Of a DNA stretch of 64,000 nt, positions 1 to 9,259 are shown piece by piece. Position 1 is the first letter of the stretch. Every line of letters begins with the position of its first letter. The notes under the pieces are model-generated. The model worked only from the letters and a program-made list of their open reading frames with translations. It did no database searches and was not told where the DNA came from. The position numbers and the translations under genes were made by a program. The stretch lies in the IMG/VR virus record IMGVR_UViG_3300025009_000089, positions 627 to 64,626 of that record. One strand, written 5' to 3'. Source of the stretch: a virus.

Positions 1-741
1 CTTAGGTGCAAACTTTTCTGGAAAAACCTCTTGAACTTTCTGTCGTACCAGTGCATAAATCCTAGGCAGTGGAGCACCAACATAATTCTGCGCTACACTA
101 TCAGCAAACTGCGCCATATCGTTGTCTTCCAAGTACCACTCGTTATCCTGAATCCATTCATCATACACAGGATTTTCAACAGCACCAGCCTTGGACGTAT
201 CATTAATTTTTGGTGCAGCAAGATCATTTTTCTTTGCCTCGATCTGTGCGTCTAGCTCTTCGACCTTATCAACATCAGCAAGTTCAATAGCCGACTTGCG
301 TTCCTTTTTAAGAGATTCGATCTCAGCAGTTAGTTTCTTAACTTCAGTCTGATAGACTTTCTCATTGTGTTCCTTAAGTGCATTTACAGATGACTGAACA
401 GCACTCAGATTTTCCTTTAAATCTTTATTATGCTTACTCATTGCCTTCTGAATGTCTTTCGACCTCAGAATGTACGTGACTGCATCAACTGCATCTTCAC
501 CTACATGATCAGCACGCCAGCCAAGTTGTGAAGCAAGTTCTTCTACAGAAGGAGCAATCTTGGTTTGATCAGAATCAGCATTACCATTAGGGGTTTTAGT
601 TTGATTGGAAGATTGATCATCACCAGATTTAGCTACCACAACAGACTTGCTGATATCATCAGTAGTTTCTGTTGCTTCTGTAGAAGAACCATCAGTTGCT
701 TCGGCTGCCATAATAATGTCTTGCACAAATTCTTCTGCCAT
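1..741 (-). CDS. Putative capsid scaffolding protein (3' end runs off the window)
   Basis: Hand translation from ATG at 741 is open to base 1 (MAEEFVQD...LGW...coiled coil...WIQDNEWY...). Acidic N-terminus plus coiled coil; lies downstream of portal and GroES in the head operon. Absent from the ORF track because it is truncated. Confidence 0.6.
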   Translation of the reverse strand, partial: MAEEFVQDIIMAAEATDGSSTEATETTDDISKSVVVAKSGDDQSSNQTKTPNGNADSDQTKIAPSVEELASQLGWRADHVGEDAVDAVTYILRSKDIQKAMSKHNKDLKENLSAVQSSVNALKEHNEKVYQTEVKKLTAEIESLKKERKSAIELADVDKVEELDAQIEAKKNDLAAPKINDTSKAGAVENPVYDEWIQDNEWYLEDNDMAQFADSVAQNYVGAPLPRIYALVRQKVQEVFPEKFAPK

Positions 742-753
742 AATAACACCTAT

Positions 754-1086
754 TTAAAAGAGTAACCGAGCCAAAACATCATTATCATTAATCAATACAT
801 AAGATTCATCATCCTTGCCAGGCATTGACACACCAGCATATCGAGAATAACTAATCTTATCGCCAACTTCTGCCCAGGCAACTCCGTCATCAAGGTCTTT
901 CCAGGCAGTAGGTCCAATGGCAATCAATGTGCCAACTGTAGCAGCTTGCTGTTCCTTTTCCAGAGTTGTTTGTGGCAAATAGATTCCGCCCTTAGTCTTT
1001 TCTTCAACCTTCTCAGGAAGTACCAACAAGTGTCCGCCAGTCGGAATAATACCGGATTGATTAATATCCATAATGTTTGTGCTCAT
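754..1086 (-). CDS. groES: Co-chaperonin GroES (Cpn10) family
   Basis: PTGGHLLV...EEKTKGGIYLP mobile loop, GTLIAIG, VGDKI.YSRYAG, YVLINDNDVLA. Confidence 0.9.
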   Translation of the reverse strand: MSTNIMDINQSGIIPTGGHLLVLPEKVEEKTKGGIYLPQTTLEKEQQAATVGTLIAIGPTAWKDLDDGVAWAEVGDKISYSRYAGVSMPGKDDESYVLINDNDVLARLLF

Positions 1087-1133
1087 AATTATTACCCTTT
1101 TAAATAATTGTTCTTATTAATAACTGCGTATGC

Positions 1134-1427
1134 TTAGTAACCACTGATCTCATCAACTTCGTTATCTACAGAAGTATCTTCAAAAGAAATATTAAGAAGC
1201 TGATCCAGACCAGCTATTTGACCAACTAATCTATTAGTAGTTCCATGTGTAGCAGCTGCCTCATAGCCTATACTATTTCCATTGGCAAGCTGATCAACTA
1301 TGGACTGCCTAGTCTTTTTAATCTCAGCAAAGATCTCTTTCGTTACTGGATGGTTTTTCCACTCTTGGAATTGTTCGCTAGTTAGCATCTTGACACCATA
1401 AGTATAGATTATTCTACAATATACCAA
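1134..1427 (-). CDS. Hypothetical head-operon protein
   Basis: Co-oriented, overlaps its neighbour; FQEWKNHPVT..IF pattern resembles small proteins found between portal and scaffold. Confidence 0.55.
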   Translation of the reverse strand: MVYCRIIYTYGVKMLTSEQFQEWKNHPVTKEIFAEIKKTRQSIVDQLANGNSIGYEAAATHGTTNRLVGQIAGLDQLLNISFEDTSVDNEVDEISGY

Positions 1428-1927
1428 TCTTCATCAAGCATATCAGATTGGCTTGCTAACCAACCTGGAATCCATTCTTCTTGTGCATTATACATAGCAA
1501 AGTATGGTTGACAATTAAGTGGTTTATCTTCACCAATGAACTTAGCAGTACGATCATTTACTTTTCTATGTGTTCCTTGAGTATTATATGGAGGCAAGCT
1601 CAATGGTTCCATATACACTACAAACATATTCTTTCCATTCCATTTAGTTCTGGCTATTTTGTAACCTTTCTTTGCTGCTTCAATAGCTAAACCAAAAGGC
1701 ATTCCAGTTGTTTTACGATAAGCCCTTTCAAAAACTTCTTTAGGACTCCAAGAAATATATCCTTCATGCTTTGGATGATTAGACTGTCCACCATCTAAAT
1801 ATTCTACAAGAAAGCCATCATCATTACCATTTTCATCTGAAGGAAGTTCCCATCCACGATAATCATTATACTCTTGACGAGTCATTTTAAGTGCTTTAAT
1901 TTCTTTGACTCCAATAAATCTTTCCAT
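1409..1927 (-). CDS. Two-domain protein with C-terminal DUF2829 / Tad2-like domain
   Basis: C-half FGLAIEAAKKG.KIAR..WNGK.MF...PYF.M...W.ASQSDML.EDW matches the DUF2829 pattern; N-half ends YISWSPKEVFERAY. Start placed at ATG 1927 behind a GAGGAG SD (track start 1942). Confidence 0.75.
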   Translation of the reverse strand: MERFIGVKEIKALKMTRQEYNDYRGWELPSDENGNDDGFLVEYLDGGQSNHPKHEGYISWSPKEVFERAYRKTTGMPFGLAIEAAKKGYKIARTKWNGKNMFVVYMEPLSLPPYNTQGTHRKVNDRTAKFIGEDKPLNCQPYFAMYNAQEEWIPGWLASQSDMLDEDWYIVE

Positions 1928-2115
1928 CTGAGTTCTCCTCAATTCTGATTAGCTTTCTCCAATTCTTTCTTTCGCTTATTTGCAGCAGTTATTACATTCC
2001 CAGCATAAAAAACATTCTTGTCGGAAGCATCATCCTTGTTTTTACCTAAGCCAAGTGCACGTAAAAAAGAAAATGTACCTTTCTTTTTCTTCTCTAATTC
2101 ATCCATATTATCTCC

Positions 2116-4326
2116 TTAACTATATTCACGTTCAACCGTACTTTCTTTTAATCCACCAGGAGCTTTGCCTAAACTTTGCTGAGATCTACCAAGCTCTAAC
2201 TGCCCAGAAATTTGCTTATCCTTAAGAGCTAAATCTATAGCATCATTGTCCATGTCTGCAATTGTCTTCTCTTGCTCGAGCTGCGCTTTTGGAACTTCAA
2301 CCAAAATCTTCTGAGTTTCTGCATTCAACTTAGCGACCTTTGCACTCAGCTCTGCAATCTCAGCTTTGAGCTTCTCCACAGATAGTTGCTCAGCTGGATC
2401 AGGTTGGTCTTCTGCAGGAAAGAACCTTTCAACATCTTCTATATCAAGTGCAAGTAAGTATTGCCGTAATATTTCCTGATCATTAAGTCCTTGTCCTCGC
2501 AACTCTAGCATGGCCTTCGCCTTGAGAAGTCGCTGCATCATTGTCGTGCTGTTCGGATCGCTAACCGGCACTACATCGAAATCTGCACTAGAGAAGTCAG
2601 CCTGAACAATTGCCTGCGTATCATCCAGGACAACACTATATGTCATCTGATCAAGATAAAGAGCATTCAGTCTACGTAACTTAATGAACTCTTTATACTG
2701 ACTACGATAAAGTCTCTTATGAATGGCACTGTAGACTTGCAGCCCTTGTTCAATCAATGCGAGAACAGATTCAGCCGGAACATTCGCGCCTGGTGAATTA
2801 CCTGCAAGAATCTCTGTCATGCCGGCTAGTTCTTTACCACTCTCGATTAGCAATCCGAGCAACTGGAAAAGGACATTACTTGGCTCACGCACTGGCATGG
2901 GGAAGATGTTCTTGCGAAGATCGTCACCGGTAGCATCAACTGGTTTCCATTCGCCTGATTTAACTTGAATGGATTTGCCCCGCCCGAGTTTAAGTCCTCT
3001 CCCCAGGAAGCCACTTTGACGATTCGATAACGTCCCAGCATCTAGCAACTGATTAATTACTGTGTTTATGGCTGAGTTGCTGCTCATCAATAGAGAGCCA
3101 AACCCCATACCATAAAATCCGCCATCAATAGCAGGCATGAAAATGAATCTAGTAAAGTATTGCTCAGGAATGATTTTAACAATCGGTCCGTTCGGATCAA
3201 CTACACCGGCTTCATCAGACTTGCGAATAATCCCATCTGTGGCAAACCGAGGAGATATCCTAACTAACTTCTGTGATTGGTCATGAACAGTTACTACATA
3301 CGGCTCTTGATAACCATCCCCATCTAGGTCATACCAACGATGTTGTTCAAGAAACAAATGTGGAGTGTCTTCATCTACGTCAGCAGTCTTATCACTGGTG
3401 GCCTGGCCAAGTTCTGCTACATCAAACTTGATAAAGATCCCAGAATTGATGCGCTCGACAATTTCGTTATGGTACAAATAGATTCTATGTGTAACTCGTG
3501 GAGCCCTCTCCAGTGATTCGGCAAAGTAATTTACAACCAAATCATCAGCGAAGACTATCTGAGATACAGACTTCCGTTCAATTGCATCAAAGTAACTCTT
3601 TTTGAACACACAACCGATTGCAGGTAACGTAAAAAGTAGCTGATCAACTCCTTCTTCCCAATCTTCCATTAGTGACAGAAGCTGGAAAGACATAAACTGA
3701 GAAATTCGTTGAGCTTTATCAAACTTAACGTTGTCAGGATCAGCTCCAACTACCTTACCTTTGACAACCTCATTCCCCTTAATGAGTTCTGGATATGCTC
3801 TGGCAGCAAACTGGATGCAAGCATTAATGATTAAGGGATATTTAACATTCGCTACAACTTCGCCTGCATAGACTTTCTTCTTTACGAGCAGCTTCGCCAG
3901 GTCAATGATCTGTACATTGAGGGCTTCCCAGTCAGTACGGCTAGCAAGATCGAGCTTATAACCCTCCAGAACCTTAGTTGTAATATCTGCTAAGATTTCC
4001 TTAGTTTGTTTATCAGCCAAGTTTGTGATGAGAACAACTGCTTCAGCACGCAGAGCTTCTTTTTCTACAAGAGCAGTAGTAAGTGGGTCAACTTGAATTG
4101 GATTTATAATATCTTCAATAGGTTCTTCAGTTGCCCAAAAGGGAACTTGGCCCATGAGACTTGCCTGTTCGTCATCAGGTAGATTAGTACCGGTATTAAG
4201 AGTTGAGTTGGTTCGTGTAGGCAGCTTCGCTGCTTGACCAGCTATAATCGCATTCGCCATCGGAGTCGCTGGATTGCCTGGATCAACAAGTTCCTCTACA
4301 GGAAAGTCAAAACCATTATTAGCCAT
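2116..4326 (-). CDS. Portal protein (P22-like)
   Basis: 736 aa downstream of TerL; YPLI..ACIQFAARAYPEL, FYGMGFG.LL...N.AIN...NQLLDAGTLSN, C-terminal coiled coil. Confidence 0.85.
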   Translation of the reverse strand: MANNGFDFPVEELVDPGNPATPMANAIIAGQAAKLPTRTNSTLNTGTNLPDDEQASLMGQVPFWATEEPIEDIINPIQVDPLTTALVEKEALRAEAVVLITNLADKQTKEILADITTKVLEGYKLDLASRTDWEALNVQIIDLAKLLVKKKVYAGEVVANVKYPLIINACIQFAARAYPELIKGNEVVKGKVVGADPDNVKFDKAQRISQFMSFQLLSLMEDWEEGVDQLLFTLPAIGCVFKKSYFDAIERKSVSQIVFADDLVVNYFAESLERAPRVTHRIYLYHNEIVERINSGIFIKFDVAELGQATSDKTADVDEDTPHLFLEQHRWYDLDGDGYQEPYVVTVHDQSQKLVRISPRFATDGIIRKSDEAGVVDPNGPIVKIIPEQYFTRFIFMPAIDGGFYGMGFGSLLMSSNSAINTVINQLLDAGTLSNRQSGFLGRGLKLGRGKSIQVKSGEWKPVDATGDDLRKNIFPMPVREPSNVLFQLLGLLIESGKELAGMTEILAGNSPGANVPAESVLALIEQGLQVYSAIHKRLYRSQYKEFIKLRRLNALYLDQMTYSVVLDDTQAIVQADFSSADFDVVPVSDPNSTTMMQRLLKAKAMLELRGQGLNDQEILRQYLLALDIEDVERFFPAEDQPDPAEQLSVEKLKAEIAELSAKVAKLNAETQKILVEVPKAQLEQEKTIADMDNDAIDLALKDKQISGQLELGRSQQSLGKAPGGLKESTVEREYS

Positions 4327-4328
4327 TA

Positions 4329-4895
4329 TTAATTTCCTGTAATGTTATCAGTATTAATTTTATTTAACCAATTCTTAATACACTGACCTGAAGTACTTTT
4401 AGTATCACAATCAGGCCAATCTAAGCATTGCTCAGCAGCTAATCTTGTTGCAGCCGCTTCAATGTAATCTGCAAAACTACCTAAACGATAGTTTTTATAA
4501 TTTACCATAATATCAGCTGTCCAACAAAGTTTTCGTTTATTGAACCTTACTCCAGTAATACCAGAAGAATTATTACTACTTATTTTTGAGTTTCTTGCAT
4601 TACATTGTTTAGATGCTTCTCGTAAATTAGTTATTCTGTTATTTGCTGGATTTCTATCAATATGATCAAGCCCATTTTCTGGTATATATCCATATACATA
4701 TAACCAAATAATTCTATGAGCAAGATATGGTTTATTATGAATACATACTTTGTAATAACCATAATTATCTATGGTTTTAACTATGTCTCCTTTAGAAACT
4801 CTATGAGCATTTGGATTTTTCCAAATTAGCTCTCCAGTTTCTGGAATATAATTAAATAAATGCTGAACAAGTTCTTGCGATACTATTGCTTGCAT
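4329..4895 (-). mobile_element. Free-standing HNH homing endonuclease (HNH plus AP2-like DNA-binding domain)
   Basis: YLAHRIIW...LDHIDRNPANNRITNLR; C-terminal SGITGV...W.A.I..N.K..RLGSF; AT-rich insert between terL and portal. Confidence 0.85.
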
Positions 4896-4940
4896 AATAA
4901 TCTCCTAGATTATTTTATATAGTTCCTAGAAATATTAAAA

Positions 4941-4990
4941 TATGGAAGTCCGTCTAGGAGTCGACAAAGGCCGCTAAGCCACCTTCCATA
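4941..4990 (-). other. Branched hairpin upstream of the HNH gene
   Basis: TATGGAAG (4941-4948) and CTTCCATA (4983-4990) close two short inner stems (GGC/GCC, GTC/GAC). Confidence 0.45.
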
Positions 4991-5007
4991 AAATTGTTTA
5001 GTATATA

Positions 5008-7560
5008 TTAATATCCTGTAACATAATTAGTTTCAGCTTCATTATATTGTGTTGATGCTTCCCAGGCTTCAAATTCCCAATAGGGCTTTGCAACTGCTCG
5101 CTTCAAGCCAGACATAATCAGATATCGAGTACAGTCCATAAGGTGGTCCTTGTCTTTAACAATCTGACCGTTTTCATCGCGGCGATAAATCCGAAACTCA
5201 CTAAACCAATTAACCAGCGAACCAAACACTTTCAGGCGGTTAGTGCTCAGCATTTGCCACACAGCATACAGGCCGGCTTCAACAGATTTGTTAGCATTCT
5301 CGAGGTCAAGGCCTAAACCAAAGTATTGTTCAAAAAGTTGCTTTCCATCATCCTGGGAACGACCATGTGCAGCTGAATCCACCACGCCTGGAATCCAACT
5401 TCCCCTGGCTTTAATAGCATCCGCATGGATCAGTGGCAACTGTTGGCCCTGATAATATTCGGAATACAGATAAGTTATGTTGCTGGTCGGATCTGTGGCT
5501 GCCCAAACAGTTGCCGTCTTCTTCCAGCCAACATCCAACGCATAACAGCGGAGCCAATGATCGGGAATAGCGAAGTCAGCGACAGTGATATTAGATTCGA
5601 GGATTGGATAAATTGCACCAGATCCAAGCTGAGGTACGCCCTTTGACCTGGCGTCTCGTTGATGAGGTGGTAAGGCTGCCCAGAGTTTATCTTTCTGTTC
5701 TTTGGTAAGGTGTGGTGCATCATCCCATGTTGCCTGGATTAAGAATTTACTGCCTTCTTGATTATCCTCAATCTTTCCGTTCGGCATGAACTGAAGAACA
5801 GTATCGGTGAGGCCCTCTAAAGGAGTAAAGGTCAACATGATTAGACCATTCGTTGTCATGGTCCGAGTTATACATTCAGTATAGATTGGCAATGGACATT
5901 CTTCATCCAGCCAGATTAAATCTTGCTCAGTTCCTTCAAATGACTTGCGACCTTCTGCATATGACTTGATCTTAATCCGAGATATACCACCAGAGATATG
6001 CTTGACCAAGATCATGTCGATGGCGTTAGCAACTCCACCAGCCTTAGGAGATGTCTTGATTATATACTTTTCTGGGATGAGTCCAGTACCATACTCTTCG
6101 GGATTGCCAATCAGCTTATACTGAACGATGTCACGAGCAGTTGTACTGGTTGTTCCACAGGCCCAGATGGAAACTGGCTTGGTGAATCTCTTGCCTGTCC
6201 ACCAACTTGGATAGCGTCCAGTTGCGTGTAGAGTTGTTTCGTATGCACCAATTCCTTCAGAGTTATGAGTAACAATTCCACCAGCAATAATAAATGTATG
6301 ACTAGCATGATCAACTTCAATACAAGTACAGTCAGAAATTACATCTGGAACAATTGAATATATTAATCTATCAAATGAACTTTCTTTATCATTATATCTT
6401 TCTTTCTTTCTAGGAAGTTCAAAAGGACAAAATAGAAGCTTAACTGTAATAATATAAGCTAATTGTCCATTCCTTTTAATTCCATCAGAGTTGGTATATG
6501 ATTTTATCTTTTCTTTTACAACTGTTTTTCCACCTAAAGACTGAACTAAAGTACAAAAATCATCTTTCAATCTTGAGGATATTGTAGTATATGACATTGA
6601 GTTAGTGGGATTAATATAACCATCAGAATCCATTAAACCAGCTAACAAAGCTTTTCGCTGCTCAATTGAAGAAAGTAAATAATCTATTGGAATAAATTTA
6701 GTATGACTTTTAGTTCCAAGTAAACCAAGTTCTCTTAGATACTGAGTATATTCATTTGGAGCCTTACCAGTATGTAATCCACCTGGCTTAGATATGCAAT
6801 AACCAAGATATCCAGCTTCTTTAATTAGTAAGAGATTTTTAGGAATTGTTTTGGCAATTTTTGAAACAATAAAATCATCTTGTGTTGAAAATCTTACTCT
6901 ATCAACAATACTTCCATCCCCTAAAAGAATCCCCATAAAATATGGATCTATAAACAAATTAATTTTATCTAATTGCCATGCTTGTCCTTGAGGAACTGAA
7001 GCACGCATTCTGGCAATAGGAGTTGCTCCAGAATCACCAAGAATGGTTAAAGTATTAGCAACTTTATATTGATTATAAAATGGATTTGCTTCTTTTTGTC
7101 CATGAGATTGTCTATATGGATATCTTGCATTATAAGGAAGATATTTCCAAAGATGCTCACCACAACATATTACCTCATCATCTGAATCAAAAGTAATTTT
7201 AAAAAGTTGTTTTGGCCCTTGAGGATAGACACCAGTAACTTGAGTTAATGATCCATCACCAGCTATAACTGTTTCGCCAAGTTTAATATCTTCAATAGCT
7301 TTCCAGCCACCGGGAGTAGCTACTTTAGTTCCATGTTTAAGGGCTTTGCCTATGCGGTTTGCAGCCATGATGCAACGCTCAGAAAAATCTGCGCCGGCTG
7401 CAAAGAACTGCATATGCTTAGGATAGTTATTTCGACTTAGCTCGCCGTCATCTGGATAGTACTGAGTAATCTTATTTTGCTTGATCCGGATGTTCTTGGC
7501 TTGCAAGAGTTTGAGGTATTGCTCTTTGCGGTCTCTATCAAGGTGGGAAAGATCCATCAT
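5008..7560 (-). CDS. terL: Terminase large subunit, intein-interrupted (about 489 aa after splicing)
   Basis: Walker A AANRIGK|S split by an intein; Walker B LIWLDEE; LTFTP; nuclease residues ALDVG, DSAA, DHLMDCTRY. Confidence 0.93.
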   Translation of the reverse strand: MMDLSHLDRDRKEQYLKLLQAKNIRIKQNKITQYYPDDGELSRNNYPKHMQFFAAGADFSERCIMAANRIGKALKHGTKVATPGGWKAIEDIKLGETVIAGDGSLTQVTGVYPQGPKQLFKITFDSDDEVICCGEHLWKYLPYNARYPYRQSHGQKEANPFYNQYKVANTLTILGDSGATPIARMRASVPQGQAWQLDKINLFIDPYFMGILLGDGSIVDRVRFSTQDDFIVSKIAKTIPKNLLLIKEAGYLGYCISKPGGLHTGKAPNEYTQYLRELGLLGTKSHTKFIPIDYLLSSIEQRKALLAGLMDSDGYINPTNSMSYTTISSRLKDDFCTLVQSLGGKTVVKEKIKSYTNSDGIKRNGQLAYIITVKLLFCPFELPRKKERYNDKESSFDRLIYSIVPDVISDCTCIEVDHASHTFIIAGGIVTHNSEGIGAYETTLHATGRYPSWWTGKRFTKPVSIWACGTTSTTARDIVQYKLIGNPEEYGTGLIPEKYIIKTSPKAGGVANAIDMILVKHISGGISRIKIKSYAEGRKSFEGTEQDLIWLDEECPLPIYTECITRTMTTNGLIMLTFTPLEGLTDTVLQFMPNGKIEDNQEGSKFLIQATWDDAPHLTKEQKDKLWAALPPHQRDARSKGVPQLGSGAIYPILESNITVADFAIPDHWLRCYALDVGWKKTATVWAATDPTSNITYLYSEYYQGQQLPLIHADAIKARGSWIPGVVDSAAHGRSQDDGKQLFEQYFGLGLDLENANKSVEAGLYAVWQMLSTNRLKVFGSLVNWFSEFRIYRRDENGQIVKDKDHLMDCTRYLIMSGLKRAVAKPYWEFEAWEASTQYNEAETNYVTGY
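6262..7344 (-). mobile_element. Class 3 intein (361 aa) with LAGLIDADG homing endonuclease
   Basis: Starts Ala (ALKHGT), ends THN, +1 residue Ser; block B EHLW, block F CTCIEV, block G VTHN (WCT signature); endonuclease motifs GILLGDGS and LAGLMDSDG. Confidence 0.88.
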
Positions 7561-8246
7561 TATGACCTTTTAATATTGTGAAAAGGATCAAATGATAGGT
7601 CTTCTAAAATTGTGAGGTCTTCCATCAGAATGGGTTCTTCAAAAGATTCGTCAGGAATAAATAGGCCAGCCTGTTCTTCAGTACAGAACAAATCTTCCAG
7701 AGATAAATCATCCTCGTTAGCAGGCATCGTGACAACAGCATGATCTGAAGCAAGAGGAATAGTCGTAAATGATAAGTTTTGTCGTAAGGACTTTTTAATC
7801 TCTGGAAGATTTTTACCACCTGTGCGGTTGATAGCTTCTTCGATTGCAGCTATCTCAGCATCAAGTTCTTCGTCAGTTTTGGTTTGCAGCGTCATGTCGA
7901 TGTTCAATCGATCGGGTGCCTTATAACCATTGCGATCGAGAACATCTTTAGCTGCATTAAATTGTACAGATGCTGGAACAGCTTTGCGGGAACCCTTGTC
8001 AAGCAAGTGAGCAAAGGTATCTAAGGCTTCTCTGTTGAGGCTGACTAACTTTTTGCGAACGTCCAAAGTTGCTTCGTGCGCCCTGTCTTGAAGGCCATTC
8101 AAGTAGGCTTGCCCAAGAGGTGAGCGAAGGATTGTAGATACGGATGATTGTGCCATACCAAGACGCTCAGCAATCTCTTGGTTTTTGTACCCGTTGAACG
8201 CCATCTGGATAATGTTGCGGTGCTGAGATTTTAGCTCTTTCAACAT
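7560..8246 (-). CDS. Putative terminase small subunit
   Basis: N-terminal HTH (GYKNQEIAERLGMAQSSVSTILRS), AAKDVLDRNG motif, acidic tail; its stop overlaps the terL start. Confidence 0.65.
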   Translation of the reverse strand: MLKELKSQHRNIIQMAFNGYKNQEIAERLGMAQSSVSTILRSPLGQAYLNGLQDRAHEATLDVRKKLVSLNREALDTFAHLLDKGSRKAVPASVQFNAAKDVLDRNGYKAPDRLNIDMTLQTKTDEELDAEIAAIEEAINRTGGKNLPEIKKSLRQNLSFTTIPLASDHAVVTMPANEDDLSLEDLFCTEEQAGLFIPDESFEEPILMEDLTILEDLSFDPFHNIKRS

Positions 8247-8344
8247 GGCTGGCAGCTTTACAGGTAAGATAGGTTAAATGGATGTTGTGAACCTTTTGGA
8301 ACTTTACTATTTTAAAATGACATATTATGGTAAAAATAGCAACA

Positions 8345-8398
8345 TTAAAATGCATAAGGACTTAATTTTCCTGCTTTTTCCATAATGCCGGCAAACAT
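8345..8398 (-). CDS. Possible 17-aa peptide MFAGIMEKAGKLSPYAF
   Basis: AGGAGG SD 6 nt before ATG at 8398; TAA at 8347-8345. Confidence 0.3.
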   Translation of the reverse strand: MFAGIMEKAGKLSPYAF

Positions 8399-8505
8399 AT
8401 TGCACCTCCTATAATATATAAGGGCTGCCTGTTTTGCTAATGCTGCCAAGTTTCTATATTAGCCAAGTTGAATGCTGATACCAATATGATTGTTCCCGAC
8501 TGAAG

Positions 8506-8520
8506 GTTCACTTATGAACG
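8506..8520. promoter_or_regulatory. Operator-like palindrome GTTCA-N4-TGAAC (copy 1 of 3)
   Basis: GTTCACTTATGAACG is identical at 14298-14312 and 13/15 identical at 23877-23891; all copies are intergenic. Confidence 0.5.
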
Positions 8521-8778
8521 CTGGTGTGACTGGTGCAAATTGACGGCAATCAGAGATGGCTTGTTTCCGCAAATTATATGAGAAACCCTAATCCACTACA
8601 GGAGGATCGAGGCATCAACATGCAGGCAGGTCACACACTAGAAGAATTGTTCCCTCCGCTACGCGGACAAACGGACAGCAGGTATTGATCATGAGCAGAT
8701 ATCTCTGGCAAACTGTGGAACAGTTCAACAGATAGAATATTTCAATGTGATGGTCCTGACAAACTGGTAAGCATCATA

Positions 8779-8827
8779 CAAGTTACACCAGGCTATATTG
8801 GCAAGGTCCAGGCAAGTTACACCAGGC
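8779..8827 (+). repeat. Direct repeat CAAGTTACACCAGGC x2 with a degenerate middle copy
   Basis: Exact 15-mers at 8779-8793 and 8813-8827. Confidence 0.7.
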
Positions 8828-8849
8828 AGAATGGGGAACAGAATAACTC

Positions 8850-8878
8850 TTGACAGGCTGAACATGGGGAAGTATTAT
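8850..8878 (+). promoter_or_regulatory. Sigma70-type early promoter
   Basis: TTGACA-N17-TATTAT. Confidence 0.65.
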
Positions 8879-8900
8879 AATTGGGAAAGGACAAGCAATT

Positions 8901-8940
8901 GGAAAAGAAAGAATGGTGGAAAAGAAAGAATGGTGGAAAA
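8901..8940 (+). repeat. Tandem repeat GGAAAAGAAAGAATGGT x2 plus partial copy
   Basis: 17-bp unit at 8901-8917 and 8918-8934, directly upstream of the -35 box at 8947. Confidence 0.8.
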
Positions 8941-8946
8941 TAAATC

Positions 8947-8975
8947 TTGACAAACCTTTCAACAGGCTATACATT
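8947..8975 (+). promoter_or_regulatory. Sigma70-type early promoter
   Basis: TTGACA-N17-TACATT, upstream of ORF 9057. Confidence 0.6.
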
Positions 8976-9056
8976 GGAGATAACAAGAGGCAGATAGTTA
9001 CTTACCTGAATAACCGGGAAAGTTAGAAACAACTTTAACTTTGAAGGAGAATTATT

Positions 9057-9239
9057 ATGAAAAGACTTGGTAATCTTTGGCAAGGTCAGGTGAATGGAAG
9101 CAATCAGGTTATTAACGTAGTTGGTACTTATGGAGATGGTTTCCCCGTTGTTCGTATTGAACAAGGCCAGGATGTTGGAAAGGCTTTTGCCATTGATTGG
9201 AATACCGGAGAAGTTATCAAAGAAATTAATTATAAATAA
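9057..9239 (+). CDS. Hypothetical early protein
   Basis: GAAGGAG SD; first ORF after the tandem promoters. Confidence 0.6.
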   Translation: MKRLGNLWQGQVNGSNQVINVVGTYGDGFPVVRIEQGQDVGKAFAIDWNTGEVIKEINYK

Positions 9240-9259
9240 ACATGCTCTCAAAATAAAAC

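Noticed and set aside
8506-8520. LexA/SOS box
   Set aside because: The arrangement is GTTC-N6-GAAC, which does not match GAAC-N4-GTTC (Firmicutes), CTGT-N8-ACAG (Gammaproteobacteria) or GTTC-N7-GTTC (Alphaproteobacteria).
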